IMG/VR virus record: IMGVR_UViG_2879759574_000001
Reading direction: 5' to 3' (one strand)
DNA length: 20,169 nucleotides
Origin: a virus
Taxonomy: Duplodnaviria > Heunggongvirae > Uroviricota > Caudoviricetes
In this document: positions 1 through 8,970 of the stretch, piece by piece
Layout of the letters: each line of letters opens with the position of its first letter
Numbering within the stretch: position 1 is the stretch's first letter
The notes under the pieces: generated by a model
Seen by the model: the letters and a program-made list of their open reading frames with translations, nothing else
Database searches by the model: none
Told to the model about the DNA's origin: nothing
Program-made: the position numbers and the translations under genes

Positions 1-105
1 ATGTTACGTTTCTCTGCTAATTTATCGATGTTATTTGGTGAATATGATTTTCTCGCCCGTTTTGAGAAAGCTGCGCAGTGTGGTTTTCGCGGCGTTGAAT
101 TTATG
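1..105 (+). pseudogene. hyi: 5' fragment (35 codons) of a hydroxypyruvate isomerase-like gene, truncated by IS1
   Basis: 1-105 translates to MLRFSANLSMLFGEYDFLARFEKAAQCGFRGVEFM, which I recognise as a Hyi N-terminus; the frame is interrupted at 106 where the IS1 terminal repeat begins. Confidence 0.55.
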
Positions 106-160
106 GGTAATGCTGCCAACTTACTGATTTAGTGTATGATGGTGATTTTAAGGTGCTTGC

Positions 161-436
161 GTGGCTTCCATTTCCATCAGATGTCCTTCCTGCTCCGCTA
201 CTGAAGGCGTGGTGCGTAACGGCAAAAGCACTGCCGGACATCAGCGCTATCTCTGCTCTCATTGCCGTAAAACATGGCAACTACAGTTCACTTACACCGC
301 CTCTCAGCCCGGTACGCACCAGAAAATCATTGATATGGCCATGAATGGCGTCGGATGCCGCGCCAGTGCACGCATTATGGGCGTTGGCCTCAACACGGTT
401 TTCCGTCACTTAAAAAACTCAGGCCGCAGTCGGTAA
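161..436 (+). CDS. insA: IS1 InsA (91 aa, GTG start)
   Basis: [43 protein letters not shown]... with zinc-finger CxxC...CxxC and HTH, typical InsA. Confidence 0.85.
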   Translation: MASISIRCPSCSATEGVVRNGKSTAGHQRYLCSHCRKTWQLQFTYTASQPGTHQKIIDMAMNGVGCRASARIMGVGLNTVFRHLKNSGRSR

Positions 437-858
437 CCTCGCGCATACAACCGGGCAGTGATGTGATTGTCTGCGCTGAAATGGACGAACAGTGGGGCTA
501 CGTCGGTGCTAAATCACGTCAGCGCTGGCTGTTTTACGCGTATGACAGGATACGGAGGACGGTTGTGGCGCACGTCTTCGGTGAACGCACTCTGGCCACA
601 CTGGAGCGTCTTCTGAGCCTGCTGTCGGCCTTTGAGGTCGTGGTATGGATGACGGATGGCTGGCCGCTGTATGAATCACGCCTGAAGGGAAAGCTGCACG
701 TTATCAGCAAGCGTTACACTCAGCGCATTGAGCGACATAATCTGAATCTGAGACAACATCTGGCAAGGCTGGGACGGAAGTCACTGTCGTTCTCAAAATC
801 GGTGGAGCTGCATGACAAGGTCATCGGGCATTATCTGAACATAAAACACTATCAGTAA
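355..858 (+). CDS. insB: IS1 InsB' frame (expressed as InsAB' transposase by -1 frameshift at the A6C motif)
   Basis: ORF ...[21 protein letters not shown]...[52 protein letters not shown] overlapping insA in the -1 frame; TTAAAAAACTC at 410-420. Confidence 0.8.
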   Translation: MPRQCTHYGRWPQHGFPSLKKLRPQSVTSRIQPGSDVIVCAEMDEQWGYVGAKSRQRWLFYAYDRIRRTVVAHVFGERTLATLERLLSLLSAFEVVVWMTDGWPLYESRLKGKLHVISKRYTQRIERHNLNLRQHLARLGRKSLSFSKSVELHDKVIGHYLNIKHYQ

Positions 859-880
859 GTTGGAGTCATTACCCAAGTAA

Positions 881-905
881 ATAAAAACCCGCTCAACAGC
901 GGGTT
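881..905 (-). terminator. rho-independent terminator (tR'-like) downstream of the Q-like gene
   Basis: On the minus strand AACCCGC-TGTTGA-GCGGGTT followed by TTTAT; lies about 45 nt downstream of the predicted promoter at 952-980. Confidence 0.55.
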
Positions 906-951
906 CGTGAAAATTATCAACGGCAGACATACAAAGCCCATCGTTGAGAAA

Positions 952-980
952 ATCTTATCCATGTTTTTTGAAAAATGCAA
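952..980 (-). promoter_or_regulatory. sigma70-like promoter immediately downstream of Q (pR'-like late promoter candidate)
   Basis: Minus strand reads TTGCAT-17 nt-TAAGAT (plus-strand ATGCAA at 975-980, ATCTTA at 952-957); position between Q stop and a terminator mirrors the lambdoid pR'/qut/tR' arrangement. Confidence 0.4.
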
Positions 981-1011
981 GCTTCATGTCGCCATCTTCG
1001 GCGAAAATCAC

Positions 1012-1764
1012 TTATCTCGTCACCTTTCTCAATTGTGTTTCAGCATATGCTTCTTCCTGCCAGCACTTTGTTACTAGTTTATCAATTACGTCTGCATATC
1101 CTTTGTACCACTGATAATCAGTCAGGTCTGGAACCAGCTTCTGGACATGACGTCGTGCCAGTGTAGTTGGTAAACGGCTAAACCGGTTTCCATTGCAACG
1201 CCCACAAATCTTATAAACAGGCGTGCCATGAAGCCGGGTCCTTTTTTCATCCAGGACAATACCTTTACCCTTACACCCTCTGCACGCTGTGCTGACTTCT
1301 CCCTTACCATGACAATGCTGACATAGTTCCTTCACCCACTCTTCCTTGATAACAGATTCCCCGCTTCTGGAGTGTTTCACCACCTCGCGCAATACATTAT
1401 GAAATCCAGTACCAGCACAATGCTCACAGCGAGCCTTACTTGCCGCAGACCTAGAATAATCAGCAAAGGCAAAATTCACAAGGTAAGGAATGATCTGTAG
1501 CCGGGTTTCTTCACTCAATTTATTCAATGTCGGGTTATCCAGTGCCATCGCGTAATTGAGCAGACCTTCAATCGCAAACTGAGGATCCTGAACACCAACT
1601 TTTGCCAGGAATAAGGCAAACCCAAGCGGTGCTTTCGACTGCACCATCCCCTGCGCAGCCATCACATCCGTAATCGTTAAACCACCAGAGCCTGTCGCCG
1701 GTGCGTCATCGCTCAGTTTTGGAGATTTCGGGGAGTAATATTTCGGTAAGGCTTCAAGGTTCAT
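1012..1764 (-). CDS. lambdoid antitermination protein Q-like (250 aa, QuuQ/YdfT-like)
   Basis: 250-aa ORF with Cys clusters (CEHCAGTG, CQHCHGKG, CRGCKGKG, CGRCNG); length, zinc-binding motifs and position before a pR'-like promoter match Q-type antiterminators of Qin-like prophages; from memory, not searched. Confidence 0.5.
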   Translation of the reverse strand: MNLEALPKYYSPKSPKLSDDAPATGSGGLTITDVMAAQGMVQSKAPLGFALFLAKVGVQDPQFAIEGLLNYAMALDNPTLNKLSEETRLQIIPYLVNFAFADYSRSAASKARCEHCAGTGFHNVLREVVKHSRSGESVIKEEWVKELCQHCHGKGEVSTACRGCKGKGIVLDEKRTRLHGTPVYKICGRCNGNRFSRLPTTLARRHVQKLVPDLTDYQWYKGYADVIDKLVTKCWQEEAYAETQLRKVTR

Positions 1765-1824
1765 GCTCGTTCTCCACTTACGCCAGTACGCCTATTGCCA
1801 GCGCACGATCGATAAAACGAAATA

Positions 1825-2730
1825 TCAGCTCCAGCTGGGAACCATACTTCTCTTCAAATGCCACGGTATCCGCATGCAGCTCGTCGTGATGCTTTCTGCA
1901 CAAAGGCAACACAAAGAGGTCATGCGCTTTTGTACCCATTCCCCCTGACCGTGGCCTATCAGGTGGAGGGGATCATCAGCAGGCTTTCCACAACATGCAC
2001 ACGGCTGTGTCTTAACCCAGCGTGTGTACTTTTCATTAACCCAGCGGCGACGTTTTGGGCGTAACATAAAAGACTCCGGCGACTCCGGATCCACTTTCAG
2101 CGCCAGCACCTTTTTCACCTTATCCTGGATGATGCTGGTGGCAGGAACCGAAGGCACAAGGTCACTTTCCCGGGTGACAGACGGCACAACAGGCTTCGGT
2201 AATCTCAGTGCCTTACGGGCTGCACTTTCCGGTAAGGCATCCGCCAGGTCATTACGAATCAGCCACCAGCACAGTTCCGGCATTGTCACAACGTGACTAT
2301 CATCAAAACCGAGATCCCGACGCACAACAGACAACACCCAGCGGGCACAGTTATCCGTTGCCATTGATTCCAGCCGTTCCGTGAACTGATCGCGCAGCTG
2401 GTTATCGCAGTGCCAGCACAGACGGATTGCGCCCGGCGCGTGTCGCATTGTTGTCATGTTCTCGCTGTGCCAGTCGGAATGAGGCCACTGGCAGCCTTTT
2501 TCACGAAGTAACCAGCTTTCAAGACATTCCACGCCACCAGCACGACGGATCACTGCCTCATTGCGGAACACGGCCCGAACGTCAGGATCATCCGCCAGCG
2601 GTTGTGATGCCGCCGGAACAGCACCACTGGCGAAAGATGAATAACGTTCCGGCTCAGGCTCCAGCAGGACACGCCCCTGCATAAACAGGGGCATCAGCTC
2701 TGAACCTGGTCTGAACAATACGATCCCCAT
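1825..2730 (-). CDS. DUF968 (YdfU-like) prophage protein
   Basis: 301-aa ORF directly upstream of the Q-like gene as ydfU is in Qin-type prophages; C-terminal Cys/His-rich segment (CACCGKP...HLIGHGQ) consistent with DUF968; the C-terminal tail may be frameshifted. Confidence 0.4.
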   Translation of the reverse strand: MGIVLFRPGSELMPLFMQGRVLLEPEPERYSSFASGAVPAASQPLADDPDVRAVFRNEAVIRRAGGVECLESWLLREKGCQWPHSDWHSENMTTMRHAPGAIRLCWHCDNQLRDQFTERLESMATDNCARWVLSVVRRDLGFDDSHVVTMPELCWWLIRNDLADALPESAARKALRLPKPVVPSVTRESDLVPSVPATSIIQDKVKKVLALKVDPESPESFMLRPKRRRWVNEKYTRWVKTQPCACCGKPADDPLHLIGHGQGEWVQKRMTSLCCLCAESITTSCMRIPWHLKRSMVPSWS

Positions 2731-2771
2731 ACGCGGGCAATTTCAGGGGCAGTAGTGCTCTCACGGTCACC

Positions 2772-2975
2772 TCAATGAACGGTATCGAGCAGCTTTAACA
2801 GCTCAGGGAATCGGGATTCGAAGAAATGCGGCTGCGTCTCACGCGGATTTGCGGGACTGGTGATATTCTTGCCGAACATGCAGCCTTTCGCTGTCAGCGA
2901 CCAGAATTTTTTGATGTTGTTAATCGCTGTACGGCTGTATCGTTCGCGCTGTTCGACGATCCCCAGCTTCGCCAT
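2772..2975 (-). CDS. hypothetical 67-aa protein (possibly the displaced C-terminal segment of the upstream KilA-N gene)
   Basis: ORF only; sits in a different frame immediately downstream of the KilA-N ORF, whose own tail looks non-protein-like. Confidence 0.25.
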   Translation of the reverse strand: MAKLGIVEQRERYSRTAINNIKKFWSLTAKGCMFGKNITSPANPRETQPHFFESRFPELLKLLDTVH

Positions 2976-3031
2976 CTGGTGATATGCCTGATTAGCCGTA
3001 AGGCGGATACCATACTGCTTCAGCAGTGCAC

Positions 3032-3568
3032 TCAGTGACAGCGTGGGCGGCTTGAGCCATCAGGCGCGTCAGCAGGAGCATCAATGGCATAGCGCGGTGC
3101 CAGATTCGGTAAGCCAACAGCCTCCTGGAGTTTCTGACAGGCTCCAAGCACTGAAGAGTTAGACAGGTTTAATTCCCGGCGCATAAAGTCCAGCAGAATC
3201 ACACCAGCCTGCATCTTGTCAGCAGCCTGTCCGGATAATTTTTCCGGTGCACTGGTTACCATGTCGAAAGTACGGATCACCTTCAGATGGAATGACGGGC
3301 TGATCCACATTGCATAGGCATACACCAGTTCTTTGCAGACATACGTCCCTTGGTTATTTCCGCCACGAATAACGTTAACTGGTTCTATATTGACCGAGTT
3401 GCAAATCTGCAACTCGCTTATTAAACGTTCAGTTTGCTCATTGCGGAGCCAGAATGCAGGCTTATGCTTATCCAGAGAACCAGCAGCCCTGTGCAGATCG
3501 TTCAGGCTGTAACGCCCATAAGCATCACGACGAACTTCAATTCCATCAATAACCATCAGATTATTCAT
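3032..3568 (-). CDS. KilA-N domain protein (Roi/antirepressor-like)
   Basis: N-terminus MNNLMVIDGIEVRRDAYGRYSLNDLHRAAG...KPAFWLRNEQTERLI...YAYAMWISPSFHLKVIRTFD fits the KilA-N DNA-binding domain signature. Confidence 0.5.
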   Translation of the reverse strand: MNNLMVIDGIEVRRDAYGRYSLNDLHRAAGSLDKHKPAFWLRNEQTERLISELQICNSVNIEPVNVIRGGNNQGTYVCKELVYAYAMWISPSFHLKVIRTFDMVTSAPEKLSGQAADKMQAGVILLDFMRRELNLSNSSVLGACQKLQEAVGLPNLAPRYAIDAPADAPDGSSRPRCH

Positions 3569-3587
3569 ACTTCGTTTCTCCTCTTAA

Positions 3588-3977
3588 TCAGGCTGCTGCA
3601 CCCGCCGGTTTCTCGTACTTACTGATAGTGATCTCGACCTTCCCTTCCGGGATAACCGGTCCCCACTCCACCAGCATTCTTTTCACCTGACTGTCGTCTT
3701 CCCACACACCCGCGTGGGTCAGGGCGTCAAACAGCGCCTTGTTATAGTTGTTCAGATCGCGGATCCGGTTATCCGGAGGAAACAACACGATCTCCACTGA
3801 AGCAGGTGCCGACGTTGGTTTTGGCAGACGACGTAACTGCTCAACTATTGCTGCACACGCCGCGCTCTGGAATTTGCGCCCCGCTGCGCTTATCAGGCTC
3901 TTACCAGCAAACGCCCCTTTGTTGGGGTGTCGCCAGTACGTGTTCACGCTGGGCGGAAAAGGCAGTATTAGCTTCAT
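3588..3977 (-). CDS. rusA: RusA-family Holliday junction resolvase
   Basis: LPFPPSVNTYWRH...RDLNNYNKALFDALTHAGVWEDDSQV matches the RusA motif pattern (LPWPPS.N.YYRH...RDLDN..KA.FDALT.AG.W.DD.QV); start overlaps upstream stop (ATGA). Confidence 0.85.
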   Translation of the reverse strand: MKLILPFPPSVNTYWRHPNKGAFAGKSLISAAGRKFQSAACAAIVEQLRRLPKPTSAPASVEIVLFPPDNRIRDLNNYNKALFDALTHAGVWEDDSQVKRMLVEWGPVIPEGKVEITISKYEKPAGAAA

Positions 3978-4300
3978 ACTTTCAGGCCCCTCTCATGTAA
4001 CCAGTGGGCTGCACGCAGCTTGGCGTTTTCCTCACCGGCAAGCAGTGAGCGGATAATCCCGACCGCCTCGCTGTCGTCGTCCTTCACCGCGGTATGAAGA
4101 GTGATACCACGGGCCACACCACGCTTTATCGTGATGACGCCTTTTTTCTCCAGTGCTCTAAGATGCTCCACCGCTGCATTCACTGAACGGTATCCCAGCA
4201 TGGTTGCCACCTCCTGATTGGTTGGCGGGAAGCCACGTTCTTTCTGGTAAGAAATCAGCATATCCAGCACCTGCTGCTGGCATTGAGTTAACGTCGTCAT
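3974..4300 (-). CDS. LexA N-terminal DNA-binding-domain-like protein without S24 peptidase domain (108 aa)
   Basis: LTQCQQQVLDMLISYQKERGFPPTNQEVATMLGYRSVNAAVEHLRALEKKGVITIKRGVARGITL aligns at roughly 40 percent identity to my recollection of the E. coli LexA N-terminus ([65 protein letters not shown]); protein ends about 40 aa later with no Ser/Lys protease domain. Confidence 0.6.
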   Translation of the reverse strand: MTTLTQCQQQVLDMLISYQKERGFPPTNQEVATMLGYRSVNAAVEHLRALEKKGVITIKRGVARGITLHTAVKDDDSEAVGIIRSLLAGEENAKLRAAHWLHERGLKV

Positions 4301-4950
4301 GCCGCCATCTCCCTGACAAGTTTTTCTGCCTGCTGGCGAACTTGCGCCAGAAAGGCCTCACCACATGCCTCAAGTTCATCGCGCCCGATGTAGCTGATTG
4401 CCGGTCCCTTCCAGGTCTTGTCGAAAACGGCAATAGCACCAGCGAAGAAAGCACCGGTTGGCACCTGCTTCTCGTCTTTCGGGATAAACCAGGCAGGCAG
4501 TTCAAAACCAATACGCCCGCGAATAAAAGCAATATGATCCGCATCTTCCGGCCACCACACTTCGCTGGTGGCAGCTTTGATCAGGAAAACATAGCGCCCG
4601 CCCTTATCACGCATGGCACTGGCATGTTTCATGATGTAACGCATGCCGGTGATGTATTGCCCCTCATGCTGACTGGCGCGGCTGTATGGAGGATTTCCAA
4701 AGGCAGCACCTTTAAGCTCCGCAAGACGTTCTGACCAGTCATGCGCCAGCGCGTTGTCTTCCGCCGTGTAATACGCGGCACATTTGGCGTTATCACCGTC
4801 AGTAAACAGATCCAGAACAAACGGGCCAAACAGGGTGTTAATTCCCCAGAAAATGTTGTCCGGTGTGCGCCACTGATCGCCCACTTCCTTCAGTTCATGG
4901 GCTGGTTTGTTTCGCAACTCCACCAGCGCCTGGCAATATTTATTACTCAT
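4297..4950 (-). CDS. phage N6-adenine DNA methyltransferase (Dam family)
   Basis: FGNPPYS motif (NPPY catalytic signature), QWRTPDNIFWG N-terminal motif typical of phage Dam; preferred start is ATG at 4950 (MSNKYCQ), overlapping the upstream stop (TAATG); the track start at 4983 is a GTG. Confidence 0.75.
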   Translation of the reverse strand: MSNKYCQALVELRNKPAHELKEVGDQWRTPDNIFWGINTLFGPFVLDLFTDGDNAKCAAYYTAEDNALAHDWSERLAELKGAAFGNPPYSRASQHEGQYITGMRYIMKHASAMRDKGGRYVFLIKAATSEVWWPEDADHIAFIRGRIGFELPAWFIPKDEKQVPTGAFFAGAIAVFDKTWKGPAISYIGRDELEACGEAFLAQVRQQAEKLVREMAA

Positions 4951-5438
4951 TAAGCCCCCACGTAATTCCCTGACAGATACCACTCATCACCCGATACAGC
5001 GCGCTTGCTGCTTTTCCGTAAGCACCGCTCACGACGCGCCAGAAAATTGTTTCGTTCTGGCTGGGAGTGGCTTTCACGGAATGCCGCCATCCACACCGTT
5101 GCAGCACGACGGTATAAGCCCCTGGACTCCAGTTCTTCAGCCTGGCGGGTCAGGCACAAAATCACCCGGGGATCGTTAGTGCCGACATAGAAATTGCGCA
5201 CAGGTCTGGTTTCTCGAACTGATTGTGGTCCCGGTTCCTGCGCTCTCTCAGTCAGGCGCGGGAAATGTCTGCGTGTATCTCCTTCACAACGGTGAGCCAC
5301 ACGCCCACTCTGACGTAACTTGCTTGCAGACTGCAGAACGCGCTGCCGTGAGTAACCTGCAAAAGCATCCGCAATGTCTCCGGAAGTACACCCCGGATGG
5401 GCTTCAATGAATTTCTGAACGTCATTCAAAAGACTCAT
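4950..5438 (-). CDS. YfdN-like protein with C-terminal PerC-like motif (163 aa)
   Basis: Start set at ATG 5438 (MSLLNDVQKF...); the longer track ORF has a low-complexity N-extension overlapping the rep gene. C-terminal AEELESRGLYRRAATVWMAAF shares the PerC-type motif with the ORF at 9181-9462. Confidence 0.45.
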   Translation of the reverse strand: MSLLNDVQKFIEAHPGCTSGDIADAFAGYSRQRVLQSASKLRQSGRVAHRCEGDTRRHFPRLTERAQEPGPQSVRETRPVRNFYVGTNDPRVILCLTRQAEELESRGLYRRAATVWMAAFRESHSQPERNNFLARRERCLRKSSKRAVSGDEWYLSGNYVGA

Positions 5439-6006
5439 GCTCACCCCTGAATCCTGCCGGGATCTGGCTGTAGTCCACGTTGTCGTAACTGGCTTTGAAG
5501 TACGGGTCTTCACGTTTTTCTGTGTGCGTGCAGACGGACGGCGATAAGCGCAGGGAAAGCTCATCCCATTTTTCCCGCAACTTCGACGGGCTGAGCACGT
5601 TACGGCACCAGAACGGATCGCGGCTGACGCGGCTGTACATCTCGCAGATTTGTTTGTGAGTACGGCCATCCTGTACACACATCAGGCGAATTTCGTTTGC
5701 CCAGGCTGTCCAGTTCGGTTCTTTGGGACGAACCACCTCGCCGTCACATTCGGCAGCCTGCTCGTACAGGGCGATGATTTTTTTCCAGAGCCACTGTGCG
5801 CAGGTCAAATCATCCTGCGTCCCCCACTGGCGCTTTTTAGGGCTGAATACAACCGCATCAGGATGGCGAGTTAAAAAATCCTGTTCAGCCGTCTGCGTGT
5901 CCGGTTGCGAAGCGTCCGGACGAGAAGGTTTTTTATCTGACGGATCATGTTTTGATTTTACTGACGGATCCCCGCCAGATTCTGACGGGTGAAAACCCGC
6001 TTTTTT
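5422..6006 (-). pseudogene. 3' portion of phage replication-initiation gene, separated from its 5' portion (13478-13860) by IS66
   Basis: Frame continues in phase from 13860 across the 8-bp duplication: ...SKSGKKA | GFHPSESGGDPSVKSKHDPSDKK...; the track start at 6021 is a TTG inside the IS66 end. Confidence 0.65.
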
Positions 6007-6043
6007 GTAAGCGTGCAGCAAGAACCGTATTGACGGGGATGTG

Positions 6044-7580
6044 TTATTCAGTCGGCAGTGCTACGCGCCAGGGGAGCAGTTCGCCGACCCGGTTTATCGG
6101 CCAGTCGGCTATGACGTCAAGTACATAGCGGAGGTAGCTTTCTGGCTCCACTCCGTTCAGTTTGCACGTCCCGATCAGGCTGTACAGCAGCGCTCCCCGC
6201 TCTCCTCCATGATCCGAACCGAAGAACAGGTAGTTTTTGCGGCCCAGACTGACCATCCGCAACGCATTTTCAGCGATGTTATTGTCCGCCTCAGCCCAGC
6301 CATCATCTGCATAGTACGTCAGCGCCGGCCACTGGTTCAGGGCGTATGCGAACGCTTTCGCCAGTTCTGAGTGTCGCGACAGGGTTTTCATCTTTTCACG
6401 CAGCCAGCTTTCCAGGGATTTCAGCAGCGGTTTCGTTTTCAACTGACGTTCGGCAAGGCGCTGCTCCGCCGTCATTCCCCTTATCTCTGCCTCGATGGCG
6501 TACAGTTCGCCGATCCGTTTCAGCGCTTCCTCCGTCAGGGCTGACGGGGTGCGAACGTGCACATCGTGGATTTTACGGCGGGCGTGAGCCCAACAGGCGG
6601 CTTCCGTTATCCGGCCATCCCGGTACAGCTCGTTGAACCCGGCGTATGCATCCGCCTGCAGTACACCACTGAACCCCGCAAGATGGGTCTGCGGATGGAT
6701 GCCTTTTCTGTCCGGGCTGTAAGCGAACCACACCGCCGGCGCCAGCGTTGACCCGGCGTTACGGTCGTCACGAACGTAGGTCCATAACCGCCCGGTCTTC
6801 GTTTTCTTATTGCCTGGCAACAGCACCGGGACAGGCGTGTCATCAGCATGGAGCTTACCGTCAGTCAGCACATAGTCCTGAAGCGCTTCTTCCAGCGGTG
6901 ACAGTAGCCGGCAGCATGCATCCACCCAGCCCGACAGCAGTGAACGACTCAGCTCCACGCCCTGGCGGCCGTACATTTCAGACTGGCGGTACAGCGGGGT
7001 GTGCTCTGCATACTTTGAGATCAGCACGCGGGCCAGCAGCCCCGGTCCTGCGATACCCCGCTCGATGGGCCGTGAAGGCGCGGGGCCTGCACGATGGCAT
7101 CGCACTGAGTACAGGCATGCTTTTCACGTACAGTCCGGATAACCCGGAAGACGCTGCGCATCAACTCCAGCTGTTCGGCGGCATCCTCACCCGGATAGCT
7201 CAGTGAGCCTCCACATTCCGGGCAGCATGACGCTGCCGGCAGCAGCCGTTTTTCATCGCGGGGGAGTGATTCGGGAACGGTTTGCGGGTGCGGGTTTGAC
7301 GCAGCGGGCGCTGCACGGCCGGGTCGTCAACCCGACCGGTAAGGGTATCACTTTCTTTCTGAAGTGCCTTCAGGTCAGCTTCCATCTGTGCGATACGACG
7401 GGAGACTTTTTCGGAGCGGCTGCCGAAGTTCATCCGGCGCAGCTTATCCAGCTGTGCCTGCAGATGGTCTATTTCGCGTTCACGCTCGTTCAGCTTTTCC
7501 AGCAGGGCACGGTTCAGCGCCTCCTGTTCGGCAAGGAGACGTTTCAGTGCATTGATATCGTCAGGAAGTGAGCTGCTCAT
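6044..7580 (-). pseudogene. IS66 tnpC (transposase) disrupted by two 1-bp deletions
   Basis: Split into ORFs 7200-7580 and 6044-7105; compared with intact copy 2, one G/C is missing in the homopolymer run at 7273-7275 and one in the run at 7082-7085. Confidence 0.8.
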
Positions 7581-7628
7581 ACCGGGTATATTACCAGGCT
7601 CATTCAGCGTCGACCAGGATAAAGAGGC

Positions 7629-7976
7629 TTACAACATAGTCAGGGACGTAAGCAGTCTTTTAGGCTGCCGCCAGTCGATACCTTCAAGGAGCATCGCCAG
7701 CTGTGCCGGTGTGAGGAACACTTTGCCATCCCGGGCTGACGGCCAGGCGAAGCGGCCGCGCTCCAGCCGTTTGGTCAGCAGACACAGTCCATCGCCGGTA
7801 GACCAGAGGAGCTTTACCTGACTGCCATTACGCCCACGGAAGATAAAAACGTGACCTGACATCGGATCGTCTTTCAGCGTCGTCTGCACCTTTGCCGCCA
7901 GGCCGTTGAAGCCATTTCTCATATCGGTGATACCGGCAACCAGCCAAATTTTGGTCCCGGAAGGTAACGGGATCAT
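7629..7976 (-). CDS. IS66 TnpB (Orf2), 115 aa
   Basis: Identical protein to ORF 14329-14676; typical IS66 orf2 position with ATGA overlap to tnpA. Confidence 0.85.
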   Translation of the reverse strand: MIPLPSGTKIWLVAGITDMRNGFNGLAAKVQTTLKDDPMSGHVFIFRGRNGSQVKLLWSTGDGLCLLTKRLERGRFAWPSARDGKVFLTPAQLAMLLEGIDWRQPKRLLTSLTML

Positions 7977-8374
7977 CGCTTCAGTTCCTGTATCAGCAGA
8001 GTCAGGAGCTTTTCGCTGACATTGCCATTGAAGCGGAGCGTCCCGTGCCGGAACGTTACCTCACAGCTGATACTGAGGGTTTCCGGATCCTCTGCGAGCG
8101 ATTCTGGCTGTTCGGCAGCTGCATCGAGAGTCACAGGAAGTAGCTGGGGGCTCTCTGAAGAAGGTAATAGCAGCTTTCCCTCGCGCCATTGTTGTCGCCA
8201 TTTGAACAACAGATTGGCGTTAATGCCATTTTCAAGAGCAAGTTTTGAGATGGATATCCCGGGTTCACAGGAGGCAGCAACGAGCTGCTGTTTAAATTCG
8301 GGAGGATAATTAGGGCAGCCTTTTCGCCTGCCGGGATTCACATTTTTCTGCATATCTGACACTTTGGTTCCCAC
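7973..8374 (-). CDS. IS66 TnpA (Orf1), 133 aa, intact in this copy
   Basis: 133-aa ORF; the copy-2 counterpart is broken into 80-aa and 78-aa ORFs by a 1-bp deletion. Confidence 0.8.
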   Translation of the reverse strand: MGTKVSDMQKNVNPGRRKGCPNYPPEFKQQLVAASCEPGISISKLALENGINANLLFKWRQQWREGKLLLPSSESPQLLPVTLDAAAEQPESLAEDPETLSISCEVTFRHGTLRFNGNVSEKLLTLLIQELKR

Positions 8375-8465
8375 TACTTATTTGGTGGACACCACTTTGT
8401 CTAATTCGTCAGATTCTGACCAGACGGTTCAGGCTGTACGCTTACTTTCCAATGGGCACTCATGT

Positions 8466-8909
8466 TTATACGCTGACCTTACAATCAATCACCGCTTTTA
8501 AATTTTCAGCATTGCTTCCCTGACGCTTCCACGCGCTGTAAATATCTTTATCCCACGCTTTACCAGCTTTTGTTTGATAGCCTGCTTCATTGATCCGTTC
8601 AGCTATCACACGCCCATTATCAAATCCCTGTTGGATGGTATCGGCAATGATCTTTATAACTGCCGTTTCGTTATATGGCTTTGGTGGGATGTTCGGCTTT
8701 CCGGCAATAAGCGACGCAGCGGCTTTTTCCATGCGCTCCACCAGCCCAAGCATTCGTGAATCAATAGACTTTTCCGGCTGTCCCAGCTTCATGCGAATCG
8801 CATCAACAAGCCAGGAGGTTTTATCCCCTCCAGAAGCGAGAACAGACCGATTAAACTCATCCTGCAATTCAGATGGGATGCGGAACGCGATCAGATTAGA
8901 TTTGCTCAT
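8466..8909 (-). CDS. hypothetical DNA-binding protein, putative ribbon-helix-helix N-terminus
   Basis: MSKSNLIAFRIPSELQDEFNRSVLASGGDKTSWLVDAIRMKL has a strand-helix-helix pattern like Arc/CopG-type RHH; divergent from the iteron array and PerC-like gene; start ambiguous (ATG 8921 or 8909), weak RBS. Confidence 0.35.
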   Translation of the reverse strand: MSKSNLIAFRIPSELQDEFNRSVLASGGDKTSWLVDAIRMKLGQPEKSIDSRMLGLVERMEKAAASLIAGKPNIPPKPYNETAVIKIIADTIQQGFDNGRVIAERINEAGYQTKAGKAWDKDIYSAWKRQGSNAENLKAVIDCKVSV

Positions 8910-8940
8910 TGCAAAGACCATATCAGTGAGTAATATCCAT

Positions 8941-8970
8941 ACAGTATACCACTGTATAACACTGTTATAC
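8941..8970. repeat. three tandem ~10-bp repeats ACAGTATAC / CACTGTATAA / CACTGTTATAC in the promoter region of the RHH-like gene
   Basis: Direct reading of sequence; half-site-like CTGT/ACAG elements but not a canonical CTGT-N8-ACAG LexA box. Confidence 0.3.

Larger units (their letters stand above)
106..873 (+). mobile_element. IS1, complete (768 bp)
   Basis: Ends GGTAATGCTGCCAACTTACTGAT at 106 and ...AAGTTGGAGTCATTACC at 873 match IS1 terminal inverted repeats; contains insA and insB' frames and the A6C slippery motif at 412-418; flanking 9-mers do not match, so there is no intact target duplication. Confidence 0.9.
6007..8445 (-). mobile_element. IS66-family element, copy 1 (2439 bp), transposase inactivated
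   Basis: Termini begin GTAAGCG (imperfect inverted repeats GTAAGCGTGCAGCAAGAACCG / GTAAGCGTACAGCCTGAACCG); three-gene tnpA-tnpB-tnpC organisation; near-identical to copy 2 at 13861-16300. Confidence 0.85.

Noticed and set aside
132-344. 70-aa ORF overlapping IS1 insA in another frame
   Set aside because: Lies entirely within the well-defined insA gene; out-of-frame shadow ORF
4950-5678. 242-aa version of the YfdN-like ORF
   Set aside because: Its first 80 codons are low-complexity (Ala/Arg/Ser/Thr-rich) and overlap the rep 3' fragment on the same strand; the internal ATG at 5438 (MSLLNDV...) is the plausible start
5422-6021. Treating the 199-aa ORF as a complete gene
   Set aside because: Its start codon is a TTG inside the IS66 terminal repeat; the coding sequence is the 3' part of the split replication gene
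6346-7206. Several 60-150-aa ORFs on the plus strand inside IS66 copy 1, and their mirror images in copy 2
   Set aside because: Antisense or alternative-frame shadows of the GC-rich tnpC gene
8941-8970. LexA (SOS) box upstream of the RHH-like gene
   Set aside because: Repeats contain CTGT/ACAG half-sites but not in the canonical CTGT-N8-ACAG arrangement
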